Shown here piece by piece: positions 37,237-49,738 of a stretch of DNA of 64,000 nt. The DNA comes from Octopus sinensis (taxonomy: Eukaryota), in assembly GCF_006345805.1 (NCBI RefSeq), contig NC_043010.1, positions 7,750,001 to 7,814,000 on the forward strand. The letters run 5' to 3'. The translations under genes and the position numbers were made by a program. A model generated the notes under the pieces. The model was not told the origin of the DNA. It searched no databases and saw nothing but the letters and a program-made list of their open reading frames with translations. The number at the start of each line of letters is the position of its first letter. Within the stretch, counting starts at the first letter, position 1.

Positions 37237-37352
37237 TATCACCATGACCGACCAGGCTATCAGATGTTGCTACACGTCGCTGGTCACAATGTGCTTCGTA
37301 TTGTTTTAGCCTTCAAATGACGCCACCCCGCTGGCTAAGCAGGCAGGCCAAT
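37237..37352 (-). mobile_element. Tail module of SINE family D
   Basis: Near-identical to 33238-33359. Confidence 0.75.
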
Positions 37353-37380
37353 ATATATATATACATATATATATATATAT

Positions 37381-37436
<56 letters not shown>

Positions 37437-37513
37437 ATATATATATTAGCATATGATTCCACTGGGTTTGATGTTTAACTTGGCGATGCATTGAAGTTAT
37501 GTCCCAATAACCA

Positions 37514-37876
37514 TTATTACCTCTGCCTTAGTGAAGGCAGAGGTATTGCTTACAGTCACGTTTGTTTGTCTGTGGACAAGATATCTCAAGAACCGCTGGA
37601 TTGATCCAGATGAAACTTTCAGGAATATTTGTCCTCATGACTGGCATGAAGTGATTAGATTTTGGGGTCGATCTGGTTTCAGACAAGGATTCTGGGTTAT
37701 TTTTCCTGTTTTTTTACTTAATTTGTGAGAGCATTCGGGTTCATTTTTAGTATACTTTAGTGAGAGCAGTCGAGTTTATTTCAGATATTCTCATTTCAAA
37801 AATCCTCTCTGGCTAATCGCTGAGAGAACGTTGGTGTTACCTTGGCAGAGGTTTTCACTCTCTGAGTGCACTTGTT
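37514..37876 (+). mobile_element. Helentron-associated non-autonomous element (HINE/DINE-1-like architecture)
   Basis: 5' 12-bp hairpin TACCTCTGCCTT agtg AAGGCAGAGGTA (37518-37545); subterminal copy GGCAGAGGT at 37844; 3' hairpin CACTC tct GAGTG. Confidence 0.7.
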
Positions 37877-38110
37877 TGAATATATAATCACGCCCAAAAA
37901 CAGGACTCCTTTGTTAAAAATGAAAATGGTAAATCCTATCTAATTAGCCACTATTTGGAAATAATGAAGGTGAGATGTATTTTAAAGAGTTAATTCATTT
38001 ATATAAGCCAATCAAAGAAATATCAGCCATCAATACCATAAAATACTGTTGGAGATTTGTATGTGTTTGACATCATTTTACATGTTGGATACCTTTCTTA
38101 TCGCAACCAC

Positions 38111-38303
38111 TTTAGTTAGTTAATTTTTGGGCTCAAAAAGTAAAAAGCAAGGCCATGTAGGGGAACATGGAGTTATGTACAGGGTGGTGTTTATGTAAAG
38201 AGTTCAGGCCACTTGTGGTCAAGGGAGACTTTTAACCGAGCGGTCGTCGGCATCTTCACCATCTCGTCCGGCAGCTTATTCCACGGATCCGCAACCCGGA
38301 CAG
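38111..38303 (-). mobile_element. CR1-type LINE 3' end (second family), (TAAC)n tail
   Basis: Minus strand RVADPWNKLPDEMVKMPTTARLKVSLDHKWPELFT*. Confidence 0.75.
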
Positions 38304-38383
38304 CATATTTTCATGTTATCAACACAATAGAAGTTGTCACTCAGAACTAAAATGCTCTCCCCAAGCTTATGTTTTATTTAGAG

Positions 38384-38646
38384 CAGTGGTTCTCTACTGG
38401 GATCCACACGGCCCTTAGGGTTCCCTGTTAGATTTTGCTGTTAAAATTTATATGCAACAAATTGGTTATACTTCTCTAGTACACAAAATATTTTAACAAT
38501 ATTTTTTTATTAAACAATTCCTAATAATATTTCATTATAAAAAAATATGATAGGGAATTTTTTAAACATTGAATGCTTATTAGGGTCCAGTATAGTAAAA
38601 TAAGAATCAAAGAGGTGCATAGGCAAAAAATGGATGAGAACCACTG
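38384..38646. mobile_element. hAT/Charlie-like MITE
   Basis: TIRs CAGTGGTTCTC/GAGAACCACTG; degenerate 8-bp TSD ATTTAGAG/ATGTGGAG (6 of 8 match). Confidence 0.8.
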
Positions 38647-39844
38647 ATGTGGAGTGTCTCTTTTCTTAACGGTTTATTTCATCCTTGTCTCTCTCAATGC
38701 AAGTAATTTATTTCAGATCTTACATCTCTTCTATTTGAGTTGCTAAGTTCTGGAAGAATGATGACAGAGGGAAGAGGCAGAAAAACGAATAATGAATCAA
38801 ATCAAAAAGGGATGTGTAGGTACGGTGGGGGGGGGGTAATGAACACATCATGTGGTAAGGAGGAGAAGGGGTAAGAAGAGCCAGGAATGAAACAGGGGAA
38901 GAAGGAAATGTGAAGGGGACTGGCATATCAGCTGGAACTGACAGCACTGGGGAGACATCCTTTGAAGGAAGGAGCAGGGGTTGTTAGTAAGAACAGAGAC
39001 TGAGAGCCCTGGTGTGACACCTTTCTATAGATTAGTATGACATTGAATATGAAGTTTACATATGGCTAAGTGGAGAGCAGCACAAATAAGAGAAGGGAGG
39101 AGACATTGACTATGCATGCCACTAGCCTGATAATGTAAAGGAGAAAGACGCCATGTCTCCCATGTATCACAATAACCTAACATTTTCCTAGACATTTAGA
39201 AGAAGCAGATATTCTTAAATATAACTCCTTAAAAATCCCCCCCCCAAAAAAACCAAAAAAAAAATTCTGAATTTCAATTATTCATAAAGAAAATTCTAAT
39301 GTTGTTAACCAAAAATAATAAAAATATGATAAAGGATGTACAATTGCAGATGGTGGACTAATTAATTTAGAACCCCTATGCCTGCAAATAAAAGCAGGCA
39401 ATACTGTTCATAAGCCCCTGCTATGAAGAAACAGCAAGACGCATAGATTACACCTGAACAAATATCAATTCAAAACTAGCATTATTGGCAGAAAACAATG
39501 ACAAGATGTACGCCCAAACACATACACACACACAGACACTCACACTCATACACACAGACACACAGACTCACAACCGCACACACACACACACACACACACA
39601 ACATTCTCTCATACACCACATTCACATACAAACAACGCACACAAGCGCATGCATAAATAAACACAAATGCACATGAAAAACTATTTCAGCACTCAGGTGT
39701 TCAACTGGAATTCTTTACCGTTTTAATTAAATAATAAATCCTTGTAAATGTAGGACACTAGAAACATAAAAACAAGATGATTGATCACAGAAGTGATATT
39801 GCATTCAATCAGCATATAACATATACATAAGAAATAATATAACA

Positions 39845-40082
<238 letters not shown>

Positions 40083-40116
40083 TTGACTTCATAATTGAAA
40101 CTGACTTATTGGAAGT

Positions 40117-40159
40117 CCACCTGAAGATTGTCGATCAAGACAAGAAACGATTGTAGTGG
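40117..40159 (+). ncRNA. Minimal type I hammerhead ribozyme motif, intact core, GUA site
   Basis: CCAC-CTGAAGA-TTGTC gatcaa GACAA-GAAA-C gatt G-TA-GTGG: 4-bp stem I, 5-bp stem II (U-A closing pair), near-palindromic ACGATTGT stem III. Confidence 0.7.
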
Positions 40160-40509
40160 CGGTTTTTTTGACTATTTATTAAAATTTTATGTATTGATTA
40201 AGTCTTTCCTTGTTTGTTTTGCAAAATAGTGGTTTTGTCTCTAATAATATTTTATAATATTTTACTATTAAATTGGATTTAATCCTAAATCTGATTTTTT
40301 CCCTGTAAATTTGGATTTATTCCCTAATATTTATTATATGTATATATATTATATATATATATATATTATATATATATATATATATATAATATATATATAT
40401 ATATACATATGAATATATGTGTGTTTCTGTTTATACATTCACACATGCATATACAATCACACCAATACATATACATACATGCACATATATAAGTGTGTAT
40501 CTATGTACC

Positions 40510-40542
<33 letters not shown>

Positions 40543-40569
40543 ATGTATACACACGCACAAGAACATACA

Positions 40570-40970
40570 TGGCTGTGTGACTAAGAAGCTCACTTTCCAA
40601 CCACATGGTTTCAGGTTCAGTCCCACTGCACAGTACTTTGGGCTTTGTGTCTTCTACTATAGTCCCAAAACAGCCAGTGCCGTGCAAGTGATTTTGCTAG
40701 ATGGAAATTCATATATATACATATATATATATACACATACACACACACATATATGTGTGTGTGGGGGGTGTGTGTGTGTGCATAGATATGCATCTTTGTA
40801 TTTGAATTTGTCCACTTAACTGCCTCACAACCGGTGTTGGTTTGTTTATGTCCCCATAACTTAGTGGTTCACCATAGGAGGCCAACAGATTAGGAAGTAG
40901 ACTGGGGTCAGTTTGTTCAGCTATGCCTCTAAGCTGATGTCCCAGTATGGGCACAGTCCAATGACTTAAG
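40570..40970 (+). mobile_element. SINE family A, diverged
   Basis: Head and tail halves recognisable around a central microsatellite. Confidence 0.7.
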
Positions 40971-41064
40971 TGAATAAAATGTCAAATAAATATCTATCTA
41001 TTTCTTTCTCTCTCTCTCTCTCTCTCTCTCCCTCTCCTCTCTCTCTCTTCTATCTATTGTGTAT

Positions 41065-41099
<35 letters not shown>

Positions 41100-41108
41100 A
41101 TATTATAT

Positions 41109-41140
<32 letters not shown>

Positions 41141-41214
41141 CATTAGTGTATCATATATCTGAAAGAGAAACAGACTCTAAAGCATAGGGTAGTAATGTAT
41201 TTATATTCAGTTAC

Positions 41215-41363
41215 GTATATGTGTGGTCATAGAGTGACCAATGGTTTCACACCCATAGAGCTCTTAGCTTTATGGTCAGTTCATCAGAATCTGATGAGTC
41301 ATCTATAAAGCTAAGCACTGTATGCATGCAAAACCATTGGTCACTCTATAACCACACATATAC
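41215..41363. repeat. Fold-back (74-bp arms, 60/74 identical) with back-to-back CTGATGA hammerhead cores
   Basis: Centre TCATCAGA-A-TCTGATGA; each arm also carries (G/A)AAACCATTGGTC. Confidence 0.85.
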
Positions 41364-41879
41364 TTATCTGCATTTTATCCTTCGAAACATAGAGTAGATG
41401 AAACCTTTAGCGACTGAAGAAGGAGTTTTTTCTTTGTGTTAATTGTCCTGTACTCTATTTTTTTTGCTGTTTTAAAAAAAAATGTCCAGTTCCTTTGGTT
41501 TGTGTCTATGTTTTCGTTTCTCATTATGTTCGACGTCCTTTTGGTGTCCTGTACTCATATATGCGTGTATATGTACATGTAGAGGAAGGTACGTACATAT
41601 ATGTTTATATATATGCATATGATTTATTTTATTTATTAATATATTATATATATATATATACACACATATATGTGTGTGTGTGTGTGTAGCATAAGTAACA
41701 CAGAGAAGTGCTCAAATGAATGTGAACTTAAATTCCAGCTTCTTCATCCAGGCCCAGTGTTATGGCATTGAAACAGCTGTCGAGTAAGACAATAGCTTTT
41801 ACCTTTATTTTATAATCGGTGTCTTGTGCTCTACATAAATATATGTTATGCCCAGCTGTGTTACTCTATCTTATCACCC

Positions 41880-41969
41880 CTCTCTCTCTCTCTCTCTCTC
41901 TCTCTAAATGTATGTATCTATCTATTTCTATGTATGTATTCATGTATATATGTATGTATGCATGCATGC

Positions 41970-42056
<87 letters not shown>

Positions 42057-42165
42057 AATCTATGTAAGTATGTATGTATGTACGTATGTATGTATGGTTC
42101 TATGTATGTATGTATGTATGTATGTATGTATGTATGTATGACTGTATGTATGTGTGTATCCACAC
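41880..42165. repeat. Compound (CT)n/(CTAT)n/(CTGT)n/(ATGT)n microsatellite
   Basis: Visible. Confidence 0.93.
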
Positions 42166-42624
42166 AGATGGATGAGTTTCTGATGTCCCGTCACTTAAAT
42201 TACCTGATCATTAATTAATAAGTAAGTGGTAGAATATTTCACCTGCACACTCACCCTTTAGCTATAATCAGCATGACACAGTGTGTGACATAGCTGTATC
42301 TCTGATTTACAGGTAAAATCCTTTTGATGTTTGTATGCAGTTTCTGTCTACCTAATTTACCTCACATTATGTGGTCAACTGAAGGTGAAACAAAATGATA
42401 CTTGCCACAAGTCAGATCAAATATGTATGTATATATATATATATACACACATACATATTCAAAACCAATATGTATGTGTGTATGTATATATATATGAATG
42501 TATGTATGTATGTATTTGTATACATATATGTATGTGTGTGTGGGTGTTAAGAGGAGCATCCAGCTGCAGAAACCATGTCCAAAGATGACATTGGAGCTCT
42601 GTCGCCATCGTCCTCGTCACCATC

Positions 42625-43505
42625 ACAATGACGACGAGGAGGAGGGGGAAGAGGAGGAGGGGGAAGAGGAGGAGGGGGAAGAGGGGAGGGGAAGAGGAAG
42701 GGAAGGAGGGGATGGGTAGCAGGGGGAGGAAGAGGAGGAGGAAGGGGAAGATGAAGGTGAGGATGAGGAGGAAGATGAAGATGAGGATGAGGAGGAAGAT
42801 GAAGATGAGGATGAGGAGGAAGATGAAGATGAGGATGATGAGGAAGATGAAGATGAGGATGATGAGGAAGATGAAGATGATGAGGAGGAAGATGAGGAGG
42901 ATGAGGAGGAAGAGGGAAGAGGAGGAAGATGAAGAGGGAAGAGGAGGAGGAAGATGAGGAGGAAGTTGAGGAGGAAGATGAGGAGGAAGATGAGGAGGAG
43001 GAGGAGGAGGAGGAAGATGAAGATGATGAGGAGGAAGATGAAGATGATGAGGAGGAAGATGAAGATGATGAGGAGGAAGATGAAGAGGGAAGAGGAGGAG
43101 GAAGAGGAGGAGGAAGATGAGGAGGAAGATGAGGAGGAGGAGGAGGAAGATGAAGATGATGAGGAGGAAGATGAAGATGATGAGGAGGAAGATGAAGAGG
43201 AGGAAGATGAAGAGGAGGAAGAGGAAGAGGAAGAGGAGGAGGAAGGAGGAAGATGAGGAGGAAGATGAGGAGGGGGAGGAGGAAGATGAAGAGGAAGAAG
43301 ATGAAGAGGGAAGAGGAGGAGGAGGAGGAGGAAGAAGAAGAGGAGGAAGAGGAGGGGAGGGAGAGGAGGAGGAGGAGGAGGAAGAGGAAGGGGGAGGATG
43401 AGGGGGAGAAGGTGGGGAGGATGATGAGGAAGGCAATGACAATGACCATGATGACAATGAGGGCAAGGATGAGGAAGGGGAGGAACATGTCGATGATGAT
43501 GATGG
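42625..43505. repeat. ~880-bp purine-rich GAG/GAA/GAT trinucleotide array
   Basis: Visible; the + strand is almost free of C; 24-nt and 21-nt higher-order units. Confidence 0.95.
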
Positions 43506-43975
43506 TATGAATATGATCTTGAAACTGACTACTGAAAATTCCAACCGTTATTTGATACAGGGATCAGTCTTTTGGAACCCCTATAATCAACAAGGTTATT
43601 CTTCACAATTACATGAGAGAAAAAAAAAACAAAAAAGAACTAAAAGCAAAACATAAAAAAAAAATACGCTATTACAAATTCTCTCACATTAGCTCTAAAG
43701 CACTCTGAGAATTATTTAGAAATATTATTTGAGATTAGCTTCTGCTGTTAAAAATTAATTAATTACGAAGTGAAAAGGTATCGTTTCTTTTTGCCTTTTA
43801 TTCTTGGGTCTTTCTGAATATTTCACTTTTAAATATGTTGAATTTTACGTGTTCTTGTACATTGGTGTTTGTATTAGAACAGCTTATAAATAAGATCTGG
43901 TTAAGATTTCCACTCAACACAAATTCAGAATTGCAGTAGCTTTATTCTCATTATATGTGTGTATGTTTGATATAT

Positions 43976-44205
43976 ATTTCTTTACTACCCACAAGGGGCT
44001 AAACACAGAGGGGACAAACAAGGACAGACAAAAGGATTTAGTCGATTACATCGACCCCAGGGCGTAACTGGTACTTAATTTATTGACCCCGAAAGGATGA
44101 AAGGCAAAGTCTACCTTGGCGGAATTTGAACTCACAATGTAACGGCAGACGAAATACGGCTTCGCATTTCACCCAGCGTGCTACCGTTTCTGCCAGCTCG
44201 CCGCC
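43976..44205 (-). mobile_element. SINE family B with 16-bp TSD
   Basis: TGTATGTTTGATATAT at 43960-43975 and 44206-44221. Confidence 0.92.
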
Positions 44206-44320
44206 TGTATGTTTGATATATGTGTGTGTGAATGTGTGTATGTACGTGAGTGTTTGAATCTGTGTATGCCCTTGTTTGTGTGTCTGTGTATGTGTATGTG
44301 TTTAAACGTTTATAAGTGTA

Positions 44321-44731
44321 GGCGTAGGAGTGGCTGTGTGGTAAGTAGCTTGCTTATGAACCACATAGTTCTGGGTTCAGTCCTGCTGTGTAGCACCTTG
44401 GGCAAGTGTCTTCTACTATAGCCTCGGGCTGACCAAAGCCTTGTGAGTGGATTTGGTAGACGGAAACTGAAAGAAGCCCGTCGTATATATGTATATATAT
44501 ATATATGTTTGCGTGTATGTTTGTGTGTCTGTGTTTGTCCCCCTAGTATTGCTTGACAACTGATGCTGGTGTGTTTACGTCCCCGTCACTTAGCGGTTCG
44601 GCGAAAGAGACCGATAGAATAAGTACTGGGCTTACAAAGAATAAGTCTCGGGGTCAATTTGCTCGACTAAAGGCGGTGCTCCAGCATGGCCGCAGTCAAA
44701 TGACTGAAACAAGTAAAAGAGTAAAAGAGTA
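44321..44731 (+). mobile_element. SINE family A, full length
   Basis: GGCGTAGGAGTGGCTGTGTGG...AAAAGAGTAAAAGAGTA. Confidence 0.92.
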
Positions 44732-45387
44732 TATGAACGGATATACACACTAATAAACACACATGCAAGTATACAATATATCATCATACATAAGTCACCC
44801 CTCCTTTGTGCTTGCAATATTATTTTGACTTCAGCCCTTGACACATACTAAAAGTCGCATGTTGCTTTTCATGAATGCTGTTTGCAACTTTGCTGGCGTT
44901 TGCATTTAAATAATGAACACAATTAGCTAGCATTATCCAAATCATTGCCAATACTGTCTAGCAAAGTTGCAGAGCCATAGATATCATAGCAATGCTTTTC
45001 TATGATCTATGATCTATGCCTGGAACAAACAGACCAGCCTGTGCTTTTAAATCACCTCTCCTGATTGACTGATAACATAAACACTATCTAATGGGAATTA
45101 TGATTACAGCCAAATGATAGAGAACTGTGTATGTATGTTCTGTGCACATGGAGGGTGTGATATATTGATTCATGTTACTGTTTATCATCATAAGAACATT
45201 TATTTTATGATAAACTCTAATTTTGCTTAAGTGGTTGCGTTTGTCTCCATGCATAATGTCATCAATGACTATTTGTACAAAGCAGTGATATTCTTATAGA
45301 CTGTGTAGTGTTATGACCAATGAGTCCTACTTACTGATTTGTTTAATTCCCATAGTCATAAAGCTGTAGCCCCAACTACTTGTTTAG

Positions 45388-45423
45388 GTGAACTATGATT
45401 TTGTTTCCACGGTTCATTCCAAG
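45388..45423 (+). CDS. Candidate 36-nt micro-exon (unidentified)
   Basis: CTACTTGTTTAG|GTG...AAG|GTATAT; only phase 0 is open (VNYDFVSTVHSK); lies in non-repetitive sequence. Confidence 0.22.
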
Positions 45424-45821
45424 GTATATTTGCTGCTTTCTTCTAAGGAATCTAATGCTCTTAGCTTAGTTTTTTCCTTGGGGCTAGCCAGATTGGAGCA
45501 AACTCGTCCCCTTTTTTGTATCACCTGTCTGGATGTTTTGCATTCTTGTCCCATTTTTGTACTTATATATATATATGTATACTTATATATATATATTATA
45601 TATATATATATATAATATATATATATATATTAGGTGCACGCACATGGGTGTGCGGGCACACATGTGTAGGTATGAACAGGTGTGCTTACGCAAATACTAT
45701 GAACGTTTTATCCCCTTACTTGGCAGTCATTCGAATAGCTCTTTTGTCTTAATAACGGTCAATCACACAGTAATTTCCCTTTGTATAATGGTCATTTTTC
45801 ATAGTATTTTTCTGCTGGACG

Positions 45822-45882
45822 GATAACTGAAGAGATGGCAGCGTGTATTTCTAACTTGGCATCCGAAACTCAGAGTTTTATC
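45822..45882 (+). ncRNA. Type I hammerhead ribozyme motif, intact core, GUU site
   Basis: GATAA-CTGAAGA-GATG...CATC-C-GAAA-CTC a GAG-TT-TTATC: 5-bp stem I, near-palindromic stem III, one extra C before G12. Confidence 0.6.
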
Positions 45883-45914
45883 ATGGCTACCGAATAATTG
45901 TCACATATTACATT

Positions 45915-46130
<216 letters not shown>

Positions 46131-46763
46131 AGTTTGTATTTACCAAATCCACTCTCAAGGCTATGGTCAGCTCCAGACACTTGCACAAGGTGCCATGCAG
46201 TGGGACTGAACCTGGAACCATGTGGTTGGAAAACAAGCTTCTTATCAAACAGCCGTCTACACCTAATATATGTATTATATTATATTATTTTGTATTATAT
46301 TTTAAATACATACATACATACATATGGTTATACACACACAGGAAGAATATTGATAGTAGATTTTCCTTTTTGTTATTTATTTTTCTTTTGTATTCAACAT
46401 TGTTTTGTACATTATGTATGATAACATTAAACATGCACCAACATATTTTAAGTTGACTTTCCTTCTTATTTAAAAGCAATTTGTGCACTAAACTACTTGC
46501 ACCAAAATTGCCAACCACCTACATAAGCACACTATGCAGTTGTAGTGATAGTGTCTTAAATTTACATGATAGTTGTTATTCGGAAATAACTTTCAAGAGC
46601 CACTAATAAATCATGGCAATGCCATGGCTGTATTTTCTAAGCCAAATATGTAAACATACAGTACAATCTGCAGGCAAAATAAATCATTTATGAGAAGAGA
46701 ATTAAATATTTAGATACTCTTTGAAACTTAACTTTAATACAGTCTGGTAAAAGATTGGAAAGA

Positions 46764-46820
<57 letters not shown>

Positions 46821-46846
46821 TATATACACCCGCCTCCATATATATA

Positions 46847-47246
46847 TACTCTTTACTTGTTTCAGTCATTTGACTGCGGCCATGCTGGAACACCGCCTTT
46901 AGTCGAGCAAATCGACCCCGGGACTTATTCTTTGTAAGCCCAGTTCTTATTCCCTCGATCTTTTTTGCCGAACTGCTAAGTGACGGGGACGTAAACACAC
47001 CAGCATCGGTTGTCAAGCAATGCTAGGGGGACAAACACAGGCACACAAACACATACACACACACATATATATATACATATATACGACAGGCTTCTTTCAG
47101 TTTCCATCTACCAAATCCACTCACAAGGCATTGGTCGGCCCGGGGCTATAGCAGAAGACACTTGCCCAAGATGCCACGCAGTGGGACTGAACCCGGAACC
47201 ATGTGGTTCGTAAGCAAGCTACTTACCACACAGCCACTCCTGCACC
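46847..47246 (-). mobile_element. SINE family A, full length
   Basis: Match to family A. Confidence 0.92.
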
Positions 47247-47261
47247 TATATATGTATATGT

Positions 47262-47316
<55 letters not shown>

Positions 47317-47804
47317 GCTAAAAATAGCAGTTACTGTATATTATATGGAAAAATGATATCTAGAACAACATTGGTTAATGTAGTATTATCTTTAATCATA
47401 TTTCTTTTGCTCGTTTCAGTCACTGGATTGCAGCCATACCAGGGTCTAGTTGGGCAAATTGACCCCCAGTACTTATTTTTTAAGTTTCATACTTGCTTTA
47501 GCCATCTCTGTACCATTTAGTAGCCGTTGGTGGAGGAAGCACAAAATCGTTTAAGTCAGAGGCTCTGTAGCCTCAGTAGCAATAGTAGAAAAGGCAGTGT
47601 GAAAAGACAACACATCTATGACCCAGAGATTGGAGTGAGTTGTAGGGGGCAACTTCATATTTAATGGAATCTTTAGAGCACCAGACAAAATGTCTTGTGG
47701 TATCTGCTCACAGCACTCTACATTCTGAGTTCAAATCCCAACGAGAGCTGACATTGACTTTGATTGTGAATTGTGAAATTAAATTTTATGATTATACCTC
47801 AATT

Positions 47805-48124
47805 TGATGACTGGCATCCATGCTAGTGGAGTGCTAAGAGCACCATCCAAGCATGATCATTGCCAGAGCGGCTAACTGGCTTCCATGCTGGTGGCAGGTA
47901 AAAAGCACCATTCAAGCGTGGTCGTTACCAGCGTCGCCTTACTGGCACTTGTGCCGGTGGCACATAAAAGCACCCACCACACTCTTGGAGTGGGTGGCGT
48001 CGGGAAGGACATCCAGCTGTAGAAACTCAGCCAGATGAAGATTGGAGTATGGTGCAGCCATCTGGTTTGCCAGTCCTCAGTCAAATTGTCCAACCCATGC
48101 TAGCTTGGAAAGCGGACGTTAAAC

Positions 48125-48152
<28 letters not shown>
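47805..48152 (+). mobile_element. RTE 3'UTR (family C) with (GAT)n tail
   Basis: Family C motif and repeated units. Confidence 0.82.
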
Positions 48153-48156
<4 letters not shown>

Positions 48157-49399
48157 GTAATGATGTTAAATAACTACCAAAAAAAAAAAAAACAGAATTG
48201 GTATTTTCTGCAACTAACTTTGCCTCAATAAACTAGACGTCTTAACTGTATATAGTTTCAAACATGACGTAACTCAGCAAAGGTTAGCTTGGTCATAAAA
48301 TTGCTTTCTACAATGAAGGGTAATGAAATTTTGATTTGATATATTTGTTCTCCAAAATAAAAGGGTTAATAAAGTTTAGCAGGAGAGTCAATAAAAAAAA
48401 AGTAACAATCCAGGGTGATGGACTGGCAAAACTATAAAAACATCAGACTGAACATCTTGTGGTATTTGGGTCTTGAGTTCAAATCTTGCCAGAGCCTACA
48501 TGAGTGGTAGACTTAATCTATTGCCTTGTTTAACACCACCACCACCACCACCTAGCATCTTGTGTCTTCAGAAGAGTCCACCCTGTTGCAGATATTTGAG
48601 ACAAGTCTCCTGCTTAAGGATAATTTCCTCTCCTCACCTCCCACGAGTCTCAGACACTCTGTAGAGAATAATGGGCACTGTCTTACTTCTTGACTAAAAG
48701 ACAAAAACCAAAAAAAAATTGTTGTTGATATAATCTACTGTTCACAGATCCCAGCCCACTCAAATTTCTGGCCATGTGGCTATAAACAAAATCATTTTCT
48801 CAGAAGAATTTAGAAACCTCATCAGACATGAAATAATCTCATTTTAATGATAGAACAGGATTTTTTTTTTTTTTCCATCCAAAGTGGTTTCTTTTTCATC
48901 CAATAATTACAAGCCATTATTTATATTTTTGTCTACTTCAAGTTCCATCATTATTTTGCAAATGTATATAAGGCGATGAACTGGCAGAATCATTTGCAAG
49001 TCAGGCAAGATGCTTACTGGAAGTTCTTCAGGCTCTTTACATTCTGAGTTCAAATTCCTATGCGGTTGTCCGACCCTTTCATCCTCTCAATGTCAATAAA
49101 ATAAGTACCAGTTATACAGTGGGGTTGATGTCATCGACTTAACCCCTACCCTCTTCTAAAACTGCTGACCTTATGCCAAAATTTGAAACTATTATGTTTT
49201 GCCTATTTAAATGCTTACAGCTCCCCCTTTTTTTTTTAACACAATCTTTCACATTATTTACAATCTCGAAAATTTTAATACTAATGAGGCCATCATAATT
49301 ATTTCTGCAAAACATAGCTAAATCAACCAAAGTGAAGTAACAACAAAATTTAATAACAGTTTGGCTAGATTACACCATACTGCAAAACTCCACCCCTTA

Positions 49400-49658
49400 G
49401 ACATATATAGACACACATATTTATATACATATATACATATAATATATATATATATATAATATATATATAGACAGACATATATATATATATATATATAGAT
49501 ATATATATATATAGACAGACATATATATATATAGACAGACATATATATATATATATATAGACATATACATATATATATATATAGATATATATATATATAT
49601 AAGACATATATATATATATATATATAGACATATATATATATAGACATATATATATATA

Positions 49659-49734
<76 letters not shown>

Positions 49735-49738
49735 GTAT
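49400..49738. repeat. (TA)n array with recurrent GACA interruptions
   Basis: Visible. Confidence 0.93.

Noticed and set aside
41374-41425. Possible circularly permuted (type II) hammerhead CCTTC-GAAAC...CTGAAGA-AGGAG
   Set aside because: Stem I does not pair.
41751-41785. GAAACAGCTGTC with a preceding hairpin
   Set aside because: No CUGANGA and no stem I partner.
42459-43544. 361-aa and 313-aa poly-S/P/L ORFs and poly-E/D ORFs
   Set aside because: Products of the trinucleotide array with repeated frame switches and no splice evidence.
44321-44400. tRNA-like sequences at the SINE A, B and D heads
   Set aside because: A/B-box-like motifs continue into multi-copy SINE bodies; no complete cloverleaf with a T-run terminator, so these are not tRNA genes.
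44883-44971. 12-14-bp inverted repeat as a possible pre-miRNA
   Set aside because: Stem too short and interior poorly paired.
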